From positions 14,865 through 78,864 of the forward strand of contig CAVQJZ010000007.1 in NCBI GenBank assembly GCA_963712965.1: 64,000 nucleotides of DNA, given 5' to 3'. This DNA comes from an uncultured Pseudomonadota bacterium. GTDB lineage: Bacteria; Pseudomonadota; Gammaproteobacteria; DASZBR01. The translations under genes were made by a program, and so were the position numbers. Shown here piece by piece: positions 58,265 to 64,000 of the stretch. Every line of letters begins with the position of its first letter. Position 1 is the first letter of the stretch. The notes beneath the pieces are model-generated. The model was not told the origin of the DNA, ran no database searches, and was given only the letters and a program-made list of their open reading frames with translations.

Positions 58265-58290
58265 AAAACCCGCCAAAAGCGGGTTTTTTT
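58265..58290 (+). terminator. Intrinsic terminator
   Basis: AAAACCCGC-CAAAA-GCGGGTTTTTTT. Confidence 0.88.
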
Positions 58291-58309
58291 ATTGCTTGTT
58301 TAAGGATGA

Positions 58310-58975
58310 ATGATGACAGACACGTTCAAAAAAGCAGCGGCGCTTGCGGCCATGCAATATATCGAACCCAATATGATTCTTGGTGTCGGCACCGGTTCTA
58401 CGGTTAATTATTTGATCGATGCGCTCGCTGCCATCAAAAATAAAATTGACGGTGCCGTGGCAAGCTCTACGGCAACCGCCGAAAAATTAAAAAAAATTGG
58501 CATCCCTCTTCTCGATTTAAACTCCGTTGGCACAATTCCTCTTTATATCGATGGCACTGACGCCGTTAACAAACATCTACAATTAATTAAAGGCGGTGGC
58601 GCAGCACACACTCGCGAAAAAATTCTCGCGTGTTGTGCGAAAAAATTTATTTGTATTGCTGACGCAAGCAAATGGGTGGATTTATTAGGTGAAAATACAG
58701 CGCTTCCTATTGAAGTAATTCCAATGGCACGCAGTTATGTGGCACGTGAAATCGTCAAACTCGGCGGCACACCTGAATATCGACAAGGTGTAGTAACAGA
58801 CAATGGCAATGTTATTTTAGACGTACGGTTTTTGGATTTTTCACAACCGTTAAAACTTGAACATACATTAAATAACATCACTGGCGTTGTCGCACATGGA
58901 TTATTTGCCGAACGCGCCGCTGATTTATTGTTGTTGGGAACGAAAGATGGAGTTATTACTAAAACAGCGGATTAA
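58310..58975 (+). CDS. rpiA: Ribose-5-phosphate isomerase A
   Basis: GVGTGST, YIDG.D, IKGGGAA.TREK, TDNGN.ILD. Confidence 0.97.
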   Translation: MMTDTFKKAAALAAMQYIEPNMILGVGTGSTVNYLIDALAAIKNKIDGAVASSTATAEKLKKIGIPLLDLNSVGTIPLYIDGTDAVNKHLQLIKGGGAAHTREKILACCAKKFICIADASKWVDLLGENTALPIEVIPMARSYVAREIVKLGGTPEYRQGVVTDNGNVILDVRFLDFSQPLKLEHTLNNITGVVAHGLFAERAADLLLLGTKDGVITKTAD

Positions 58976-58992
58976 TGTCGATGCACCGTTTT

Positions 58993-59154
58993 GTCATCCC
59001 TGCTAATGTCATCCCGGAAAATGCGAAGCATTTATCCGGGATCCAGTAGTTTAACTGTACAAATTACTTAAAAAATTTCCGCCTTAAAAGTTGTTATATT
59101 CATTTAGATCTGTGTATTACTTCATCCCTGGATTCCCGCCTTCGCGGGAATGAC
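58993..59154. repeat. Inverted pair of GTCATCCC/GGGAATGAC REP-like hairpins around an AT-rich spacer
   Basis: GTCATCCCGGAAAATGC-GAA-GCATTTATCCGGGATCCAG ... CTGGATTCCCGC-CTTC-GCGGGAATGAC. Confidence 0.75.
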
Positions 59155-59243
59155 ATCTATTCTCGAACACATTTTTTAAAAAACACCTTCGCATTTTAAA
59201 ATGCAATGGGTATAGTTACTCAACAGATACCCAAAGGATTGCC

Positions 59244-60365
59244 ATGTTCAGTAAATACCCCGTCGCCATTCGCGTTATGCTAATCACTGCTATTTTCACG
59301 ATTGTCCTTGCGGCCTTAAAATTAACGTTTGGTTATATTGGCTCATCACACGCATTATTTGCCGATGGCATTCATTCACTGGCGGATGTATTAATCGATA
59401 CACTCGTATTATTTGCCGCGCACTACGGCAGTAAAAGTGCTGACAGCAATCATCCTTACGGTCATGGTCGCATTGAAACCGCTGCTACATTTGGATTGGC
59501 ATTAATTTTAGTTTTAACGGGTATCGGCATTATGTTAAACGCCGGTGAGCACGTATGGGGCAAAATACCCGCACCGCGCCCTGAATTAATTACGTTATGG
59601 ATTGCGATTGCCGCGATTGTTGTGAATGAAGGTTTATTTCGCTACACGCTGCGCGCCGCTAAAAATACACAATCTCCTTTGCTAACTGCCAACGCATGGC
59701 ATAGTCGCAGCGATGCCGCCACTTCAGTTGTCGTAGTACTCGGTATTGGCGGTGCGTTATTAGGGTTTCATTACCTGGATGCGCTCGCGGCTATTGTGGT
59801 GGGTATTTTCATTATCAAAATGGGTATTAAATTAGGTTGGTCAAGCATTGCGGAATTGGTTGATACTGGTGTTGATGACCATACGCTCATACAAATTAAA
59901 GAAGTGATCAAACAAGTTCCTGGTGTTTGCACACTGCACCAATTACGCACTCGCACAATCAATAATAAAATATTTCTAGATGTGCATGTATTAGTCGACG
60001 CCAAAATCAGCGTTTCTGAAGGTCATTATATTGGCGATCAAGTATATATCGCGTTAAAAAAACACATTGAAAAAATTGCGGATGTCACCGTACACGTTGA
60101 TCCTGAAGATGATGAAATCGTCAAACCTTCGGATAACTTACCCAATCGCAAAGAGATCATTGTACAATTGCATCAACATTGGGAAAAATACTTGCCGAAA
60201 GAAATCTTAGACAATGCGCTGACCCATATCACGTTGCATTATCTCAATGGCCGCCTACAAATTGAATTACATTTGCCCAAAGCGTTCGCTGATCATGAAG
60301 AAAAACTCAAACAAGCGGTGAATGATTTAGATTATTTGATTAAAATAGAAACATTTTTTTATTAG
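59244..60365 (+). CDS. Cation diffusion facilitator family transporter (FieF-like)
   Basis: ADGIHSLAD, HPYGHGR.E, AWHSRSDA, SVSEGH, VHVDP. Confidence 0.93.
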   Translation: MFSKYPVAIRVMLITAIFTIVLAALKLTFGYIGSSHALFADGIHSLADVLIDTLVLFAAHYGSKSADSNHPYGHGRIETAATFGLALILVLTGIGIMLNAGEHVWGKIPAPRPELITLWIAIAAIVVNEGLFRYTLRAAKNTQSPLLTANAWHSRSDAATSVVVVLGIGGALLGFHYLDALAAIVVGIFIIKMGIKLGWSSIAELVDTGVDDHTLIQIKEVIKQVPGVCTLHQLRTRTINNKIFLDVHVLVDAKISVSEGHYIGDQVYIALKKHIEKIADVTVHVDPEDDEIVKPSDNLPNRKEIIVQLHQHWEKYLPKEILDNALTHITLHYLNGRLQIELHLPKAFADHEEKLKQAVNDLDYLIKIETFFY

Positions 60366-60832
60366 CCAAGCACTTCTTTTTCAGAATCCAGCAAATGCAC
60401 CAACATATCCAATGCATTTGCAATCATAATTTGCTCGCTCTCAGCCAAATTCTCCATCATTTCGTGTAAACGGTTATGCAGAAGATGCGGCGCCGTCACA
60501 ACAAATTCACGCCCTTTGTCTGTGATATCAATAAATACTGAGCGGCGATCAATATTGTCTCGAGTGCGTTTTATCATTTTTTTTTCCTCTAAACGATCAA
60601 GAATTCCCACTGTAGTACTTGCACTTAGATGAATATTTTTGGCAAGCACAGCAACAGTAATGGCACCCTTTTCAAACAATTCATACAAACAAGCAACTTG
60701 TGGCACAGTAATATCATATTTTTTTATCAACCGACGCGAGTGCGTATCAAACGATTGCATGATTTTACGCAAAGCAAAAATAATTCTTTTTTCGTAATTT
60801 ACTTGCGGCAAAAATTCTGATTTTTCTGACAT
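60362..60832 (-). CDS. MarR family transcriptional regulator
   Basis: LS.STT.GILDRLE.K..I.R....DRR winged-HTH pattern; AAGGA RBS before MSEK. Confidence 0.9.
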   Translation of the reverse strand: MSEKSEFLPQVNYEKRIIFALRKIMQSFDTHSRRLIKKYDITVPQVACLYELFEKGAITVAVLAKNIHLSASTTVGILDRLEEKKMIKRTRDNIDRRSVFIDITDKGREFVVTAPHLLHNRLHEMMENLAESEQIMIANALDMLVHLLDSEKEVLG

Positions 60833-60945
60833 AAAAATCCTTATCAAAAATTAAAACTTGACTTAAGGCTGTCACAATAATTACTATAGAAATCATTTGA
60901 ACAGAAATTATTTTTGTGGTCGACCTTCCCAATGGAGAACATTTG

Positions 60946-62130
60946 ATGAAATCTCTATTTAAATTATTAGAAAATTTAATTCCTAAAAACCGCCGCCGCT
61001 CATCAGCAAATATTGAATTTCAGAGCAACGGCATCCTAACTCTCGGCACCGAGATTGAACTACAATTCATCGACAAAGAAACTCTGTACTTAACTCCAAG
61101 CGCCGAAAAATTACTGGCTGCAGCGCCCTCTGAAAAAATTAAACCAGAACTTTACTTGGACATGATTGAACTAAACACGAGCAAATGTACTAACGCTAAT
61201 GAAGTTTATCAAGATTTATCTGAGACGATAGAACATATCAAAAAAATCGCGGACACCAATAACATCTCACTTGCAGGAACAGGTTGTCACCCACTGTCAA
61301 AATATAGCGATTGTGATATTTATCCCTCAGAACGCTACAATTATCTAATTGATCGAAATCAGTGGTTAGCGAGACGTTGGAAAGTATACGGCCTACACGT
61401 ACACATCGGCATGGCTAGTGGTGAAGATTGCATTCGCTACAATAATTTTTTCATGCGCTTTCTCCCGCATCTTTTAGCACTGAGCGCAAGCGCTCCATTT
61501 TGGCAGGAACAAGACACGGGGCTTGCCACTTGTCGCCCAACAATTGGAGAAGCATTACCAACTGCCGGACACCCTTATTATGTGCAAAATTGGCAAGAGT
61601 TTGTTGCACTACACAACTCATTACAAAACTGCAAGGCAATCGGTAGCTTGAAAGATTTATGGTGGGACTTAAGACCAAATCCAACCTATGGAACATTAGA
61701 AATTCGCGTTTGCGATAGCCCTGCGACGCTCACGGAAACAGTCGCCATCGTTGCATTCATTCACGTGCTAGCACATTGGTTTCAAGATCATGGTGACTGG
61801 CTACAGCAAGTAGCACAACCTCCTTCTTGGATTTTGCGTGAAAATAAATGGCGTGTGATTCGCCACGGACTAAACGCAGATATTATTACTTCTCCTTCTG
61901 GGCAGTCCAAACCATTAGTAGATGATATTCGCGAGTGGGTAAACAAGACTGCGGATTATACTTACCAACTAGGTTACAGCGATCATATTCAAAAATTATT
62001 GAAAATAGTTGCCAATGGCAACAGCTCTACTCGACAAAATACGCTATTTTCTAAAACGAAATCCTTACACGCTGTGGTTAAACATAATATCGACGAATTT
62101 AACCAAAACATCCCAGCGTGGGAAAGTTAG
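60946..62130 (+). CDS. ybdK: YbdK/GCS2 family carboxylate-amine ligase
   Basis: TLG.E.E.Q, G.HP, GLHVHIG, LALSAS.PFW...DTG, WWDLRP.P.YGTLEIRVCD. Confidence 0.9.
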   Translation: MKSLFKLLENLIPKNRRRSSANIEFQSNGILTLGTEIELQFIDKETLYLTPSAEKLLAAAPSEKIKPELYLDMIELNTSKCTNANEVYQDLSETIEHIKKIADTNNISLAGTGCHPLSKYSDCDIYPSERYNYLIDRNQWLARRWKVYGLHVHIGMASGEDCIRYNNFFMRFLPHLLALSASAPFWQEQDTGLATCRPTIGEALPTAGHPYYVQNWQEFVALHNSLQNCKAIGSLKDLWWDLRPNPTYGTLEIRVCDSPATLTETVAIVAFIHVLAHWFQDHGDWLQQVAQPPSWILRENKWRVIRHGLNADIITSPSGQSKPLVDDIREWVNKTADYTYQLGYSDHIQKLLKIVANGNSSTRQNTLFSKTKSLHAVVKHNIDEFNQNIPAWES

Positions 62131-62206
62131 GATAATTTTTTCTTCGATTATTAGCAGTATCAAGTTAATATGCTCTTTCATTTTATTTGAACAAGGATGA
62201 CTGCCC

Positions 62207-63616
62207 ATGTCTGCAAAAGATACCTTGAAAAAAATCGATGCCCATCAAATTAAATTTGTGGATTTACGTTTCACCGACACGCGCGGCAAAGAACAACACG
62301 TTACCATTCCTGCCAACACCGTTGACGAAAGTTTTTTTACCAATGGCAAAATGTTTGATGGTTCATCAATTGCTGGCTGGTGCAAAATTGATGCGTCTGA
62401 CACGATTTTAAGACCTATTGCTGGCAGTGCTGTGCTTGATCCTTTCTATGAAATACCTACTTTAATTTTGCGCTGCGATGTTATCGACCCTATTTCACAT
62501 AAAGATTACGAACGTGATCCACGCGCCGTTGCTAAACGCGCTGAGCGTTATTTAAAAGAAACGGGCATTGCCGACACATGTTACATGGGTCCTGAACCTG
62601 AATTTTTTATTTTTGATGACGTACGCTGGAAAGTTGATATGCAAGGTTCCAGTTGTTCAGTTGATTCCAGTGAAGCACCATGGAATTCCAATAAACAATT
62701 TGAAATGGGTAATTTAGGTCACCGACCTCCGGTAAAAGGCGGATATTTCCCTGTGCCACCGGTGGATTCTTCTCAAGATATTCGCAGTGAAATTTGTTTA
62801 GTATTAGAAAAAATGGGATTAGTCATCGAAGCGCATCATCATGAAGTCGCTACCGCGAATCAAAATGAAATCTCTACACGCTTTAATACGTTATTACAAA
62901 AAGCCGATGAAATGCAGATATTAAAATATGTGATTCAAAACGTTGCGCATCAATACGGAAAAACCGCCACTTTCATGCCAAAACCTTTGGTCGGCGATAA
63001 CGGCAGCGGTATGCATTGCCATCAATCGCTCGCAAAAAATGGGCAAAATCTTTTTGCGGGTGATAATTACGCAGGATTATCTGAATTAGCGTTACATTAC
63101 ATTGGCGGCATCATTAAACATGCGCGTGTATTAAATGCATTTACCAACCCTGCCACCAATAGTTACAAACGTTTAGTGCCCGGTTTTGAAGCGCCCGTTT
63201 TTCTTGCTTATGGTTCATGCAATCGTTCTGCGGCCGTACGAATTCCATATGTTCCTGAACCACGCAGTCGCCGTATTGAAGTACGTTTCCCTGATTGTTT
63301 AATGAATCCTTATTTAGGTTTTAGCGCCATGATGATGGCTGGCCTTGATGGCATTCAAAAACGCATTCATCCCGGTGATGCCATGGATAAAGATTTATAC
63401 GAACTCAACCCTAAAGAAGCAAAACACATTCCGACTGTATGTTTTTCACTCGAGCAAGCACTGGAACATCTAGATAGTAATCGTGATTTTCTGTTGGCAG
63501 GTGATGTGTTCAACAATAGTTTAATTGATGCCTACCTTGAGTTAAAACAAGCCGAAATTACACGTTTGCGCATGACAACGCATCCAGTAGAATTTGATAT
63601 GTATTACAGTTCGTAA
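62207..63616 (+). CDS. glnA: Glutamine synthetase type I
   Basis: [62 protein letters not shown]. Confidence 0.98.
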   Translation: MSAKDTLKKIDAHQIKFVDLRFTDTRGKEQHVTIPANTVDESFFTNGKMFDGSSIAGWCKIDASDTILRPIAGSAVLDPFYEIPTLILRCDVIDPISHKDYERDPRAVAKRAERYLKETGIADTCYMGPEPEFFIFDDVRWKVDMQGSSCSVDSSEAPWNSNKQFEMGNLGHRPPVKGGYFPVPPVDSSQDIRSEICLVLEKMGLVIEAHHHEVATANQNEISTRFNTLLQKADEMQILKYVIQNVAHQYGKTATFMPKPLVGDNGSGMHCHQSLAKNGQNLFAGDNYAGLSELALHYIGGIIKHARVLNAFTNPATNSYKRLVPGFEAPVFLAYGSCNRSAAVRIPYVPEPRSRRIEVRFPDCLMNPYLGFSAMMMAGLDGIQKRIHPGDAMDKDLYELNPKEAKHIPTVCFSLEQALEHLDSNRDFLLAGDVFNNSLIDAYLELKQAEITRLRMTTHPVEFDMYYSS

Positions 63617-63630
63617 ATAGGAATTTTACT

Positions 63631-64000
63631 TTGCAACGTATTCATTTATTAGATTCATTATTAGCCAACCAAATTGCAGCGGGAGAAGTCGTTGAACGCC
63701 CAGCCTCTATCGTTAAAGAATTAATTGAAAATAGTTTAGATGCCGGCGCGACTAAAATTGACATTGATATCGAAAACGGTGGATTACAATTAATTCGCTT
63801 GCGTGATGACGGTTATGGCATCCACAAAGACGATTTATTATTAGCAGTGAGTCGTCACGCGACGAGCAAAATCAGCGATTTAAATGATCTTGAGCAAGTA
63901 GCCAGCTTTGGTTTTCGTGGTGAAGCGCTGGCAAGTATTAGTGCTGTTTCACATTTTACATTATCTTCGCGCACGGAAAATGATAATGCAGGTTGGCAAA
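63631..64000 (+). CDS. mutL: DNA mismatch repair protein MutL (5' part, TTG start)
   Basis: Hand translation: (M)[39 protein letters not shown]...RDDGYGI...RHATSKI...[11 protein letters not shown]. Confidence 0.96.
   Translation, partial: MQRIHLLDSLLANQIAAGEVVERPASIVKELIENSLDAGATKIDIDIENGGLQLIRLRDDGYGIHKDDLLLAVSRHATSKISDLNDLEQVASFGFRGEALASISAVSHFTLSSRTENDNAGWQ

Noticed and set aside
60850-60870. TTAA...CTTAAGG resembling a PmrA box upstream of ybdK
   Set aside because: Half-sites are 12 bp apart rather than 11 and overlap an ordinary TTGACT -35-like element

Overview
AT-rich gammaproteobacterial chromosome segment, most likely Legionellales (Coxiellaceae/Legionella-like). This is inferred from the mevalonate-pathway mvaS, the letA/gacA-uvrC-pgsA block, a Mip-like FKBP, an LvgA-like ORF and PmrA-type boxes. 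The backbone is housekeeping: murJ, pgsA, uvrC, gacA, yccA, tusD/C, mvaS, maeA, relA, htpG, guaC, fadL, thiolase, ampG, dedD, cvpA, tyrS, psd, rpiA, glnA and a partial mutL. It also holds 6 tRNAs, a probable 6S RNA and several families of short intergenic palindromic repeats. Orphan ORFs are interspersed: a partial U-box protein missed by the ORF track, and 525, 127, 717, 1550 and about 3270 aa proteins. Four of these are each preceded by the same tandem TTAA box, a 7-nt spacer and a -10 hexamer, matching the Legionella/Coxiella PmrA effector promoter, so they look like a co-regulated Dot/Icm effector set. Other notable items are an isolated T6SS tssF-tssG pair, a tRNA-Arg(UCG) apparently derived from the neighbouring tRNA-Arg(ACG), a fused DoxDA thiosulfate:quinone oxidoreductase-like gene and a stand-alone Hpt protein. 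No CRISPR array, integrase or transposase was seen. All calls are by eye; no database searches were run.
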